DNA from: Dehalococcoidia bacterium
GTDB taxonomy: Bacteria > Chloroflexota > Dehalococcoidia > Bin125
Reading direction: 5' to 3'
Assembly: GCA_963662615.2 (NCBI GenBank)
Contig: CAXXSR010000001.1
Span: 928,001 to 992,000 of the forward strand
Length of the DNA: 64,000 nt
Positions 10,687 through 20,296 of this stretch are shown here, piece by piece. The notes under the pieces are model-generated. The model did no database searches, was not told the origin of the DNA, and saw only the letters and a list, made by a program, of their open reading frames with translations. A program made the translations under genes and the position numbers. Position 1 is the stretch's first letter, and the number at the start of each line of letters is the position of its first letter.

Positions 10687-11169
10687 ATGAACCGGCAACT
10701 GACATTCGGCGAGACGATGAGGCGGCTCCGCCGCCAGAAGGGGTGGACCCTTGGCACGCTGGCCGCGGAGACCGGGTTGTCCTACTCCCACCTGTCGCGC
10801 GTCGAGAACGACTCGGCGAGCCCGCAGGCAGACGCGGTTGCCCGGCTCGCAGAGGCGCTAGATGGTGACCTCCGCGAGTTGCTGGAGTTGGCGGCCTGCC
10901 TCCCGGCGGTCATCCTCCAGCGGATCGCTCGACGGGAGGAGGGGAACCCTGCCGGGTCGCTTAACCGCTCCGCACGCCGCGACGACGAATCACCACGCGG
11001 CTCGGTCGGCGCGCTGGTGACCGACCTCGCCATCCAGTACGGCCTCCAAGGACCTGAGGTTCAGGAACTCGCCGAGGCCATCGAGCGCCTCGTCGCCCTT
11101 CCCCCTGAGCAGCGTGCGTCGATCACGCGGCTAATCCTGACGCTGGAGTCGAACCGTGACGACCAATAG
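10687..11169 (+). CDS. XRE-family HTH transcriptional regulator
   Basis: FGETMRRLRRQKGWTLGTLAAETGLSYSHLSRVEND; TTGACG-type promoter at ~10656. Confidence 0.9.
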   Translation: MNRQLTFGETMRRLRRQKGWTLGTLAAETGLSYSHLSRVENDSASPQADAVARLAEALDGDLRELLELAACLPAVILQRIARREEGNPAGSLNRSARRDDESPRGSVGALVTDLAIQYGLQGPEVQELAEAIERLVALPPEQRASITRLILTLESNRDDQ

Positions 11170-11893
11170 GGGCCTCCAAGCTCTCCAGCGGGAGGCGTGG
11201 GCGTTCGGGCGCTCGTTGCGCAACTCCCTGCTCGCCGACTTCGAGGGCGAGTACGGCGAGCCCTCTCCGCCACCAGCGTTAATCGCCGGGGAGTTGCTCA
11301 CCGACTTCCTCGGTGCGCGCCTCTCCTACGACGCGCTGCCGCTCAACGTGTTCGCGGAGACGACCTGGCACGACGGTCAGCCACTCGTAACAGTGAACAG
11401 CCGTACTCGCGAGATCGAGGGCGTGAAGGACCCCGAGGGCGTCTCGAACGTCGGCATCTGGCACGAAGCCGTCCACGTGCAGCGCGACCTCTCGATAGTC
11501 CGCCTCGGCCCACAGATGGCCTTTGAGGGGATGCGTCCGAACCTCACCATCGCGTGCCATCGTGACCGCCAGCGCAGCGCCCGCCGCGGCGAAGAGTTCC
11601 AGCGAGAGTATTTCGCGGAGGAGTCCGGACGCGCTGCCGCCGTCTCCTTTCCACACCTCATCCGCACTGGGGCCTTCCGGCATTTCATCTACCTCGCTGA
11701 ACAGCGCCTCGCGTCCGGCCCGCTCGGCTGGCGTGCCCTCTACGCCGCGGCAGAAGCGATTGGCGTGAACATCTCGGCGCTCGTGAAGCAGTTGGAGGCC
11801 GAGGGCGTCCTGCACGTCGAGCGGTCGCGTGGGCAGAGCATCCTCCACCCGCAGCCAGAACTCGGTGACCTGCTCGTGAGGGCGGGGCAGTAA
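11156..11893 (+). CDS. ImmA/IrrE-like Zn metallopeptidase
   Basis: HEAVH (HExxH), downstream EYFAE, C-terminal HTH-like AAEAIGVNISALVKQL; overlaps the XRE gene. Confidence 0.7.
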   Translation: MTTNRGLQALQREAWAFGRSLRNSLLADFEGEYGEPSPPPALIAGELLTDFLGARLSYDALPLNVFAETTWHDGQPLVTVNSRTREIEGVKDPEGVSNVGIWHEAVHVQRDLSIVRLGPQMAFEGMRPNLTIACHRDRQRSARRGEEFQREYFAEESGRAAAVSFPHLIRTGAFRHFIYLAEQRLASGPLGWRALYAAAEAIGVNISALVKQLEAEGVLHVERSRGQSILHPQPELGDLLVRAGQ

Positions 11894-12036
11894 TGACCGC
11901 CTACGCAGCGAAAGCGGACTCGGCGAAGTTGGAGTCGAACAGCGCCATCGTCGAGCAGTCCATCGCGTTTGGGCGGCTCACCTGGCGACGGACGAAAAAC
12001 GAAGAGTTCGAGGTCAAACTCGAACCGTCAATCTAG
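11893..12036 (+). CDS. Small hypothetical protein (47 aa)
   Basis: TAATG coupling with the peptidase stop; MTAYAAKADSAKLESNSAIVEQSIAFGRLTWRRTKNEEFEVKLEPSI. Confidence 0.35.
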   Translation: MTAYAAKADSAKLESNSAIVEQSIAFGRLTWRRTKNEEFEVKLEPSI

Positions 12037-12128
12037 GAAGTGATGCACGGTCTGCTTTCATCGCTTGGGGCGGCGCAGAGGCTCCCACCGGGTCTGGGAA
12101 GGACTCGGACAGACCGGGGAGGTCAGCA

Positions 12129-12254
12129 ATGGCCGGACCCGAGGCGAAGCCTCTCGATAGCGATGACCAGGCGGAGCGCGCCGCACTGGAGCACATGATG
12201 CGCGAATGGGCGGACGTGGTCCGCGCGATCATCCTCAGGAGGCGAAAGCGATGA
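12129..12254 (+). CDS. Small hypothetical protein (41 aa) coupled to the recombinase
   Basis: GGGAGG RBS; ATGA overlap with the recombinase start; MAGPEAKPLDSDDQAERAALEHMMREWADVVRAIILRRRKR. Confidence 0.5.
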   Translation: MAGPEAKPLDSDDQAERAALEHMMREWADVVRAIILRRRKR

Positions 12255-13825
12255 AGCCAGCAGTTACTCGGATCGTCGGTTACGTCCGCGTCTCGACCGA
12301 TGAGCAGGTGGACGGCCGCTCCCTCGACGCTCAGCAGCGGGAGATCGAGCGATACGCGGATCAGCACGGCCTGGCCCTCGTGGGCATCTACGCCGACGAA
12401 GGGGTGAGCGCACACACCGATCGGCTCGAAAAGCGCCCACAACTCTCCGCGCTCCTGGCTGATGCGAGCCGCGGCGCGTTCGACGCGGTGGTGGTCCACA
12501 CGATCGACCGTTGGGCGCGGAACATCCGTGTGCAGACGGATGCGCTCCAGCGGCTCGGCAAGGCGGGCGTCGGGTTCGTCAGCCTCACAGAGAACATCGA
12601 CTTTTCCACCCCGTCCGGGAAATTGATGCTGACGATGATCGGCGGATTCTCCGAGTTCTTCTCGGACCAACTCGCCGTGCACGTCGTGAAGTCGCAGCGT
12701 CAGCGGGCCGAGTCGGGGCTCCCGGTCGGTCCGATCCCGTTCGGCTACGTGCCGGGCGAAGCCCGCGAGACTCCCATCGTGGACCCGGAGGCGGGCAAGG
12801 CGGTCCGGGAGGCGTTCGCGGCCCGCGCCGCCGGCCAGTCGAACGGTGCGATCGCGGCGATGCTGAACCGCGACGGTTTCCGTACAAAGAAGGGGCACCT
12901 CTTCACGGCGCACGCGATGAAGGACCTGTTCAACTGCCGCTTCTACACAGGCATCGTGACCTTCCGCGGCGAGGAGTTCCCCGGCCAGCATGAGGCCCTC
13001 ATTGCGTCTGAACCCTTCGAGCGCGTGCAGGCACGCCGGGTGCGGCGCGGCCCGCATCGCCGGGTGGCAGGCAAGCCGCGCGGCGTGCTCGCGGGGATCA
13101 TCAAGTGCGCCCGGTGCGGGAACTCGCTGCACGCCGAGCGCGGGCGCGAGAGCCGGGCGATGTACCGGGAGCGCCACGGACGCGAGTGCCCGACGAACCG
13201 TCGCTCGCTGATGGCTCACGCGGTGGACGAGCAGATCAGCGCGATCCTCCGCTCCCTCGAACTCTCAGCCGACTGGCGGGACCAGATCGCGGGGTACACC
13301 GCGGACACGGGAGAGCGGAACATTGACAGCCTCCAGGAGAACCGTCAGAGGCTCGTGCGGGCCTACGCGGACGGTGGATTTTCGCTGGCCGAGTACGAGG
13401 CACGCCTCGCAGCCATCGATGCGGAGATCCGCCACGCTTTGGGCACGACGCCGATCGAGGTGGGCGAGGTCGCGGCCCTTCTGGGTGACCTGCCAGGAAT
13501 ATGGGATGAAGCCACCCCGGATGAGCGGAGGCGGTTGGTCGCGCCGATCGTCGAGCGGGTGTTCGTGGACGTGGAGACGAAGCGGATCAGCGGCCTCGTT
13601 CCGATGCCAGGTTTCAGGACGCTGATCGGGGCGGGGATGCAGGAAACCGCCGACGCCGCGGCGGTCCTGTTCCCGCCGGAGTACTCCCCAGCGGGGCAAG
13701 ATGTTGGAGTTGGTGGAGACGGGGGAGAATTGAACTCCCCGTCCAGTCGGCCTCCAACCGGCCCTTCTACGTGCGTAGCCGGGAGTTTATTTCTCGCCCG
13801 CCGTCCGGCCTCCCAGCGGCCCTGA
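12251..13825 (+). CDS. Large serine recombinase (integrase)
   Basis: YVRVSTDEQ catalytic motif, DRWAR, PFGY, recombinase domain, CARCG Zn ribbon, coiled coil; AGGAGG RBS; 3' end overlaps ssrA antisense. Confidence 0.93.
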   Translation: MKPAVTRIVGYVRVSTDEQVDGRSLDAQQREIERYADQHGLALVGIYADEGVSAHTDRLEKRPQLSALLADASRGAFDAVVVHTIDRWARNIRVQTDALQRLGKAGVGFVSLTENIDFSTPSGKLMLTMIGGFSEFFSDQLAVHVVKSQRQRAESGLPVGPIPFGYVPGEARETPIVDPEAGKAVREAFAARAAGQSNGAIAAMLNRDGFRTKKGHLFTAHAMKDLFNCRFYTGIVTFRGEEFPGQHEALIASEPFERVQARRVRRGPHRRVAGKPRGVLAGIIKCARCGNSLHAERGRESRAMYRERHGRECPTNRRSLMAHAVDEQISAILRSLELSADWRDQIAGYTADTGERNIDSLQENRQRLVRAYADGGFSLAEYEARLAAIDAEIRHALGTTPIEVGEVAALLGDLPGIWDEATPDERRRLVAPIVERVFVDVETKRISGLVPMPGFRTLIGAGMQETADAAAVLFPPEYSPAGQDVGVGGDGGELNSPSSRPPTGPSTCVAGSLFLARRPASQRP

Positions 13826-14066
13826 CGGCGGACCAGTCAGAATTGTCTTGGCAGTCCGGTCCCGACACCCCGGACCGAGCAGTCAGGCTAAGTGGCGCCT
13901 CATCCTCACCCGCCCGACGGAGGTGAGAGGAGACGTCGTCGCCTTAGTTAGGCGGCGAGGGCGAACTCTTTTTCGCCAGTTACAATGTTGCCGCTGATTT
14001 ACGAGGGTGCGGCGCCTCGGCACGCAAGACCGGGTGATCAGACCGCTGTCGAGCCCTTTCGTCCCC
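13711..14066 (-). ncRNA. ssrA: tmRNA; tag peptide (A)GEKEFALAA
   Basis: 5' GGGGACG pairs with 3' CGTCTCC-ACCA with G3:U; T-arm GGGAGTTCAATTCTCCC; tag ORF GGC GAA AAA GAG TTC GCC CTC GCC GCC TAA; TACAAT -10 at 14075-14080; adjacent to smpB. Confidence 0.96.
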
Positions 14067-14142
14067 GTCTTCCTATTGTAGCGCGAGATGGCACCCTGGC
14101 GCCGCAGGGGTCGGGGCGGGCACGATTCCGCGCGGGCAGGGC

Positions 14143-14640
14143 TCAGCGCCGGACGGCCGCGCGCATCTGTCGCTCCGCGTCGCGCTGGGAGATCTGGGCG
14201 CGTTTGTCATAGTGCTTGCGGCCGCGCCCGACGGCGATCTGGACCTTGGCGAGGCCGCGGCTGAGGTAGAGGTGCGTGGGCACGATGGTGAGCGAGCGCT
14301 GCTCGAACGCCTCGGTCAGCTCGCGGATCTCGCGCCGGTGCAGCAGCAGCTTGCGGTCGCGGGTCGGTTCGTGGTTGAAGCGGTTGCCCGCCTCGTAGAG
14401 GGCGATGTTGGCGCCCACCAGCCAGAGTTCGCCCTGGAGGGGCCGCACGTAGGCCTCGGCGATGCTGCCCTTGCCTTGTCGCAGCGATTTGATCTCCGTG
14501 CCGGTGAGGACCAGACCGGCGTCGTAACGCTCCAAGATTTCGTAGTCGTAGGAGGCGCGGCGGTTGCGCGCGATGGTGCGGAAGTTGCCGTTGGCGGGCG
14601 CGTCGCTGGGGCGGCGCTTCTTGGCTGATCGCTTCGCCAC
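14143..14640 (-). CDS. smpB: SsrA-binding protein
   Basis: IARNRRASYDY, AGLVLTGTEIKSLR, NHEPTRDRKLLLHRREI, GRKHYDKR. Confidence 0.97.
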   Translation of the reverse strand: MAKRSAKKRRPSDAPANGNFRTIARNRRASYDYEILERYDAGLVLTGTEIKSLRQGKGSIAEAYVRPLQGELWLVGANIALYEAGNRFNHEPTRDRKLLLHRREIRELTEAFEQRSLTIVPTHLYLSRGLAKVQIAVGRGRKHYDKRAQISQRDAERQMRAAVRR

Positions 14641-14744
14641 GGCGCGAGTCTATCCCAGGAGACTACGAGACATAACATTCAAGCGGGCGTTGCGGCCGGC
14701 GGGCCCGCGCCGGTCGGGCAGGGGAGGGGGCCGCGGAGCGCGCC

Positions 14745-16046
14745 TTAGTCGGGCAGGGCGCTGGTGGCGTTCTGGCGGTCGCGCAGATACTCCACGGCGG
14801 CGAAGAGCTGGACGTCGCGGCGCTCGGCGAAGTCCTCGTCGCTGGGCTCAACGATGATGTCGGGAATGACGCCAATGCCCTCAATGATGTTGCCGTCGGG
14901 TCCCAGCCAGCGGGCGATGCTGACATAGAGGACGCTGCCATCGGAGAGGCGGCGGGGCAGGTTGACCGTGCCCTTGCCGATGGTCTGCTCGCCGATGACC
15001 ACGCCGCGGCCGTGAGCGCGTAGCGCCTCCGCCATGACCTCGGCGCCGGAGGCGGAGCCGCCATCAACCAAGATCACGATTTCGAGGTCGATAGCGGCGC
15101 CGCCGCTGTCGGCGGTGAAGTCCTGGGTGCTGCCGTCACGCGCCACCTCGATGAGGACGAGGCCGCCGTCCAGGAACTCGGCGGTGGTCTCCACCGTTGT
15201 CGTGAGGAGGCCGCCCGGGTTGCCGCGCAGATCGACGATGAGCTGCGACAGCCCCGCCTCCCGAACAGAGTCCAGGAAGGGCAGCAGCTCGGTGCGGGTG
15301 CGCTCGGTGTACTGCGTGATGATCAGGTAGCCAATGTCCTCCACGGGCTGCCCCTCGCGGTCTTCAATCTCCACGGAGAGGACGCTGGGCACCACGATGC
15401 GCTCGCGGACGATGGTGATCGTCTCCTCGACATCGTTGCGGTGGCGAACGGTGACCTCCACGGAGGTGCCGCGCTCGCCGCGAATGCGGGCCACGGTGAG
15501 CTGGAGGCTCCAGCCCTCGGTGGATTCGCCGTTGACCGCCAGGATCACGTCGCCGGATCGGATGCCGGCCGCCTCTGCAGGCGAGTCACGAAAGGTGCCG
15601 CTGATCAAGATCTCGTCGCCCTGCTGGTTTACGGTCGCGCCGATGCCCTCGAACTGCCCGCTGATCGACTCACTGGAGAGACGGAAGGTCTCCTCGTCGA
15701 TGTAGACGGAGTGGGGGTCGTTCAGGGAGGCGATGGCGCCGTTGATGGCGGCGGTGCGGATGTCGACGAGATCGACCCGTTCGGGCTCGACGAACTCCTG
15801 ATCAAGGATCGTGTAGACCTCGTCCAAGAGGGTGAAGCGGGAGTCCCGGCCGCTCTCTTCCACCGCCACGACGGGCGCGGGGGCTTCGACGGCAAGTCCG
15901 TCATCCGTGACGCGGACGGCGCGGATGGTGCGCGGCTCGTCGTCGTCCAGCAGGCCCATCACGCCGATGCCCAGCGCGAAGGCCGACCCGGCCATCACCA
16001 AGACGAGGAGCAAAAGTATGCCGCGAGAAGAACGCGTCTGGGTCAT
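14745..16046 (-). CDS. ctpA: S41 carboxyl-terminal processing protease with PDZ domain
   Basis: DPHSVY, FEGIGA, DLRGNPGG, SASGAE, TIGKG; N-terminal TM. Confidence 0.9.
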   Translation of the reverse strand: MTQTRSSRGILLLLVLVMAGSAFALGIGVMGLLDDDEPRTIRAVRVTDDGLAVEAPAPVVAVEESGRDSRFTLLDEVYTILDQEFVEPERVDLVDIRTAAINGAIASLNDPHSVYIDEETFRLSSESISGQFEGIGATVNQQGDEILISGTFRDSPAEAAGIRSGDVILAVNGESTEGWSLQLTVARIRGERGTSVEVTVRHRNDVEETITIVRERIVVPSVLSVEIEDREGQPVEDIGYLIITQYTERTRTELLPFLDSVREAGLSQLIVDLRGNPGGLLTTTVETTAEFLDGGLVLIEVARDGSTQDFTADSGGAAIDLEIVILVDGGSASGAEVMAEALRAHGRGVVIGEQTIGKGTVNLPRRLSDGSVLYVSIARWLGPDGNIIEGIGVIPDIIVEPSDEDFAERRDVQLFAAVEYLRDRQNATSALPD

Positions 16047-16156
16047 GGGCTCCTCATCTCCCGGCCGGGGCGCCGGAACGGCGCCTCCGTGCAGCAGTCA
16101 CCGAGCGGTACGTTCAGTGTATGGCTCTGGATGGGGCGGGTGAACTGGGGCGAGGC

Positions 16157-16612
16157 CTAGCGGACGGTCCAGCGCACCGTGACCCGCGCCGACGCGTCCC
16201 GGCTGCCGTTGCTGAGCGCAAGCTGATAGCGAGAGCGGGTGAAACCCGCCTTGAACTGAAAGCTGCCCTGCTGCTCTTGGGATTGGCGAGGGAGTTCGTT
16301 GGACGGCCCTTGCAGGCGCACGCGCAGGGGGATGGGACTGTCGGGGAAGGGGGGATCGAGCTGCCAGCGGACGGCGACGAGGCGGCCGGGGTCGATCTGG
16401 ATGGGGGTCACGACGGTCTCCCCTGGGGGGATCTCCACGGTGGCGACCTCGCGTTGGATCGCGGAGCCGAAGATCAGGTTGCTGAAGATCACCGCCAGCA
16501 GGACGAGCGTGACCGTCGTCAGCGGCCAGCGGATGATCCGCCGCAGACGGAGGTATCGGCGCCAGAGGCGCCACAGAGGCGCGCGCCCGCGGCGAGGGAC
16601 ATCGCGTATCAC
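16157..16612 (-). CDS. Hypothetical membrane-anchored protein
   Basis: Arg-rich N-terminus, one TM (LTTVTLVLLAVIFSNLIFG), beta-rich domain; start uncertain. Confidence 0.55.
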   Translation of the reverse strand: MIRDVPRRGRAPLWRLWRRYLRLRRIIRWPLTTVTLVLLAVIFSNLIFGSAIQREVATVEIPPGETVVTPIQIDPGRLVAVRWQLDPPFPDSPIPLRVRLQGPSNELPRQSQEQQGSFQFKAGFTRSRYQLALSNGSRDASARVTVRWTVR

Positions 16613-16646
16613 GCCGGGAGCGTAGGCGCGCCCGTCGGCGCCGGCG

Positions 16647-16967
16647 CTAGGCGCCCGGCGCGCGGTAGTCGGGCAGGCGCGCGACGCCGGCGTCCATCTC
16701 CGCCGCCGTGAGCAGCGGCGTCGTGGTCGCCTGGACCATGCCGCTGCGGTTGATCGCGAGGGATACCGCAATCACCGCTGCGGCATCCGGCGCGTCAACG
16801 ATCGTGAAGACGTCATCGGCGCCGAAGGCGAAGTAGAACGCCTCAACCGACCCGCCCATGCTCTCGATGAGCGAGGTCACATGTTGCTGGCGACTGGCGA
16901 ACCCCTCTTTCACCGCACCGTCCAGACCGGCGGCCGTGTAGGAGGCGCGGACTAGGAACTTGGGCAT
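16647..16967 (-). CDS. GYD domain protein
   Basis: MPKFLVRASYT...LIESMGGSVEAFYFAFGADDVFTIVDAPD; GGAG RBS. Confidence 0.8.
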   Translation of the reverse strand: MPKFLVRASYTAAGLDGAVKEGFASRQQHVTSLIESMGGSVEAFYFAFGADDVFTIVDAPDAAAVIAVSLAINRSGMVQATTTPLLTAAEMDAGVARLPDYRAPGA

Positions 16968-17128
16968 GTCATTCTCCACTTCACTGTTGGGACAGAAAAG
17001 GCTGCTGGAACAGGAAGGATAGCCGGATCGTCGGTGGCGGGCCAACGGCAAGAGGGCGGTGGCTGCGGAGCGTCGATATGATGCGGGCAGCCGCGGTCCC
17101 GCCGTGTGCGGGCGGAGAGAGAGTGCGG

Positions 17129-18046
17129 ATGGCAGAGAGCCGGGTCGCTCTCGTTTGCCCGGGTCAGGGCGCCCAGAAGCCGGGCGGCGTCGCCTCGCTC
17201 CCCGCGCGCGCGCGCGCCGTTTTCGATCGCGCCTCAGCGCTGATCGGCCTGGACCTGTGGGAGGCGGGGCTGCGGGGAACGCCGGAGCGGCTGGCCCTCC
17301 CCTCGATCCTGCAGCCGTTCCTCGTCGCCTGGGCGGTGGCTGAGGAGGAGCAGGCCCGCGCGCACCGCGCCGATCTCCCCACAGTCGATTACGTGATGGG
17401 CCACTCGTCCGGGCAGAATTCGGCCATGGTGCTGGGCGGCGCCGTTGGCTTTGCCGACGGTGTTCGCTTCGCACACGAGCGCGGTCAGCGGTTGGACGAG
17501 GGCTGTCGCGCCGAAGCGACGGGGCTGGTGGCGGTGGCCGGGCTGGAGCGAAGCGAGATCGATGCCATCGCCGCGGAGTCGGAGGTGGCGCAGGCCAATC
17601 ACAACGCTCAGGACCAGTTCGTGTTGGGGGGGCGCCTCGCCAACGTTGAACGGGCCCGCGCCCTGGCGATCGCTCGCGGCGCGGAGGCGACGCTGCTGCG
17701 GGTGGCGGGGGCGTTTCACAGCGAGCACTTTCGCGCCGCCGACGCCGCCACCGAGCCGCTCATTGCGGCTCTGCCCATCGCCGACCGCTTCACGCCGATC
17801 ATCGCCAACGCCGACGGCCGGATCCTGACCGACGCCGCCGCTCTTCGCAGTGAACTGTCCTGGCAGTACACGCGGCCCGTGGCCTGGGTCGCCGCCCTGG
17901 AGAGCGCCTTCGCGCAGGGCGTGCGCACGTTCGTGCTGGCGGGCCCCGGCAACGCCATGAACGGCCTGGTGCGACGCTTCGGGCGCACGGCGCCGGCGCC
18001 GCTGACGACGATCCGGCTCAACCAGCCCGTGGGCTCGAGGCCTTAA
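17129..18046 (+). CDS. ACP S-malonyltransferase (FabD-like acyltransferase)
   Basis: PGQGAQ, GHSSG nucleophile motif, ERG, NHNAQDQ, GAFHS. Confidence 0.8.
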   Translation: MAESRVALVCPGQGAQKPGGVASLPARARAVFDRASALIGLDLWEAGLRGTPERLALPSILQPFLVAWAVAEEEQARAHRADLPTVDYVMGHSSGQNSAMVLGGAVGFADGVRFAHERGQRLDEGCRAEATGLVAVAGLERSEIDAIAAESEVAQANHNAQDQFVLGGRLANVERARALAIARGAEATLLRVAGAFHSEHFRAADAATEPLIAALPIADRFTPIIANADGRILTDAAALRSELSWQYTRPVAWVAALESAFAQGVRTFVLAGPGNAMNGLVRRFGRTAPAPLTTIRLNQPVGSRP

Positions 18047-18420
18047 CCTCCGACGAAAACGGCGACGAACGGTCTCTCCCTGTATCGCGACATAAGGATG
18101 AGTGGGCCGTTTCGGGCTTCGCGTTGGCCGACGCGTTTGCGGGAAGGGGTGGCCGGGGTGGGGCGGGCTCCCCGAAGCGATCGATTGGCAGCTGGGGATC
18201 CGTGCGTGCATCGCGTCGATCCCGATCGGCGGTTGGGGCAGCGGAAGCGGGCGGGTTGGCGGGTTCGGTTTGCGCCCTGCTGCGACTCCCATCTGGTGAA
18301 CCTCGAGGCTGAGCGAACATAAGGGACATAGGGCGATCATGCGGATCGAAGCGAGGTGCGCCGGGCGGGTCGCTCCCCGACCGCGTTGTGGCTGCTGACG
18401 GCCGCCGCTACGCTCCCGCC

Positions 18421-19296
18421 GTGCAGCCGTCCTTCGGCGACGTCGAGGTCAATGGCATCGCGATCCGCTACGCCCGCTGGGGCGACGACGGCGCGGGCAA
18501 GCCGCCGCTGCTGTTGTCGCACGCGACGGGCTTCTGCGCCATGGTGTGGCGCCTGGTGGCCGAGGGGCTGAGCGGCCGCTACGACGTGTACGCGCTGGAC
18601 CGGCGCGGCCATGGCGCTTCGCCATCGCCGCGGGGCGGCCAGGCGGGCGTTGAGCGCTACGACTTCGCCACCTTCGCGGCCGACCTGACCGCGTTCGTGG
18701 AGGCACTGGGACTCAAGGATGTGTACGGGGTGGGTCACAGCAGCGGCGCCACTGACACCCTCCTGGCCGCCGCCGACCGGCCCAACTCGATGAGCCGCGT
18801 TCTCGCCCTGGAGCCGATCATTCCCCTGCCGGAGTGGCGCGGGAGCGGCCCCTCGCCGCCTCAGCTCCTGGCCGAGCGGGCGCGCCGCCGCCGCTCGAAT
18901 TTCGAGAGCCGCGCCGCCGCCCGTGCGCGGTGGGCGTCGCGCGAGCCGTTCGAGCGATGGGACTCTCGCGTGTTAGATGATTATGTCGAGTACGGCCTGG
19001 AGGAGCGATCGCCGGGCGCCGGCGTCGGCCTGCGCTGCCCGCCAGAAGTCGAAGCGGCGATGTTTGCCGCCTCCGCCGCCTTCGATCCGCTGCCCGACCT
19101 GGCGCGGGTCCGTTGCCCGGTGCTGGTCGCCGACGGTGAGCGCTCGGGCGGCGACTTCGCGCGGATGGCGGACGCGGCCGCGGGCGCGATCCCGGGGGCG
19201 GGGCGCTACACGTTCCCGGACGCGACCCATTTCCTGCCCATGGAGCGTCCTGAGGCGGTCGTGGGGAAGGTCTTGGAGTTCGGGGAGCCGGGCTAG
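18421..19296 (+). CDS. Alpha/beta hydrolase
   Basis: HATGF, DRRGHG, GHSSG, THFLPME; TACGCT 6 nt before the GTG. Confidence 0.88.
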   Translation: MQPSFGDVEVNGIAIRYARWGDDGAGKPPLLLSHATGFCAMVWRLVAEGLSGRYDVYALDRRGHGASPSPRGGQAGVERYDFATFAADLTAFVEALGLKDVYGVGHSSGATDTLLAAADRPNSMSRVLALEPIIPLPEWRGSGPSPPQLLAERARRRRSNFESRAAARARWASREPFERWDSRVLDDYVEYGLEERSPGAGVGLRCPPEVEAAMFAASAAFDPLPDLARVRCPVLVADGERSGGDFARMADAAAGAIPGAGRYTFPDATHFLPMERPEAVVGKVLEFGEPG

Positions 19297-19329
19297 CACG
19301 CGCCCCGCTCGTACGATCGTGCGGCGTCC

Positions 19330-19641
19330 TCAGTCGCCCGTCTCATTCAGCCGTGAAGTGAGGTCGAACTTGACGTTGCCGATGGAGTCCCGCACGACGT
19401 TGCTGATCTCCCCGCCCGTCTGCAGGTAGTGCAGCAGCCGGTAGATATCTAGACGGGCGAAGTCCAGATCGGCGTGCTCCATCAGCAGCGTCAGGCTGAG
19501 CCCGCTACGGCGCTGCAGCCGCTCGGCCTCATGCAGCAGGGCCCGCCGGACGGCGCGCACGTCCGCCTCCGTGGGGCCCAGCGGCAGCGAGGCCGTCGTG
19601 GGCCGCCGGAAGCGCTGCCGGAACCGATCGATCAAGCCCAT
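19330..19641 (-). CDS. Hypothetical protein
   Basis: Compact ORF in tandem with the TPR gene; N-terminus MGLIDRFRQ. Confidence 0.6.
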   Translation of the reverse strand: MGLIDRFRQRFRRPTTASLPLGPTEADVRAVRRALLHEAERLQRRSGLSLTLLMEHADLDFARLDIYRLLHYLQTGGEISNVVRDSIGNVKFDLTSRLNETGD

Positions 19642-19675
19642 CGCCGCTGCCACCACCTATCACCGCACCTTTACG

Positions 19676-20296
19676 TTAGCGGCCGGCCCGTCGCCGTGCG
19701 ATAGCGCCCTGCAACAGCGCTATCACCTCCGCGTCCGCGCCCGCCTCGCGCAGGGCCCGCAAGCGCGGATCGACGGCGCCGGCGGTGCGCCAGGCGGCGA
19801 TGAGAAGGTCCGCCGCGGCGGCACGGTCTTCGGCCCGGTCATCCTCCTCCAGCGGCAAGGAGCCGCGCGCCAACATGACAGCGCGCCGCCCGCGCGTGGC
19901 GTCGGGGTCGCCGGCGAACTCCTCCAGCACGGCCGCGTACTCGTGCTCGGCCTCGCGCAGCTGTCCCAAGGCCAGGCGGACGCGGGCATGCACCAAGCGG
20001 CTATCGACGTCGTAGGGGCGCGCCCGGGCGGCGCGGTGGGCGGGCGCCAGCGCCTCATCCGGCCGGCGGAGGGAGAGGAGCGCCTGGGCCCGTCGCAGGC
20101 AGAGGTGATCGTGGTCGCGGAGGCCGGCGGCCTCCGCCTCCTCCAAGGTCCTCAGGGCCGCGCCCGCGCGCGCGGCCACGTCGTCATGGGGCGCGCCGGC
20201 GTCCTCCAGCGCTTCGGCTTGCTCCAAGAGCGCCTCAGCCTCACGCAGGAGGCGGGCGGCTCGCCGCGAACGTCTCAGGCGGTCGAGCAGGCCCAC
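19676..20296 (-). CDS. TPR-like helical repeat protein
   Basis: RAQALLSLRRPDEALAPAHRA / HARVRLALGQLREAEHEYAAVL TPR pattern. Confidence 0.65.
   Translation of the reverse strand: MGLLDRLRRSRRAARLLREAEALLEQAEALEDAGAPHDDVAARAGAALRTLEEAEAAGLRDHDHLCLRRAQALLSLRRPDEALAPAHRAARARPYDVDSRLVHARVRLALGQLREAEHEYAAVLEEFAGDPDATRGRRAVMLARGSLPLEEDDRAEDRAAAADLLIAAWRTAGAVDPRLRALREAGADAEVIALLQGAIARRRAGR

Noticed and set aside
13711-13745. tRNA gene
   Set aside because: The T-arm and CCA belong to the tmRNA, which has a tag ORF and no anticodon arm
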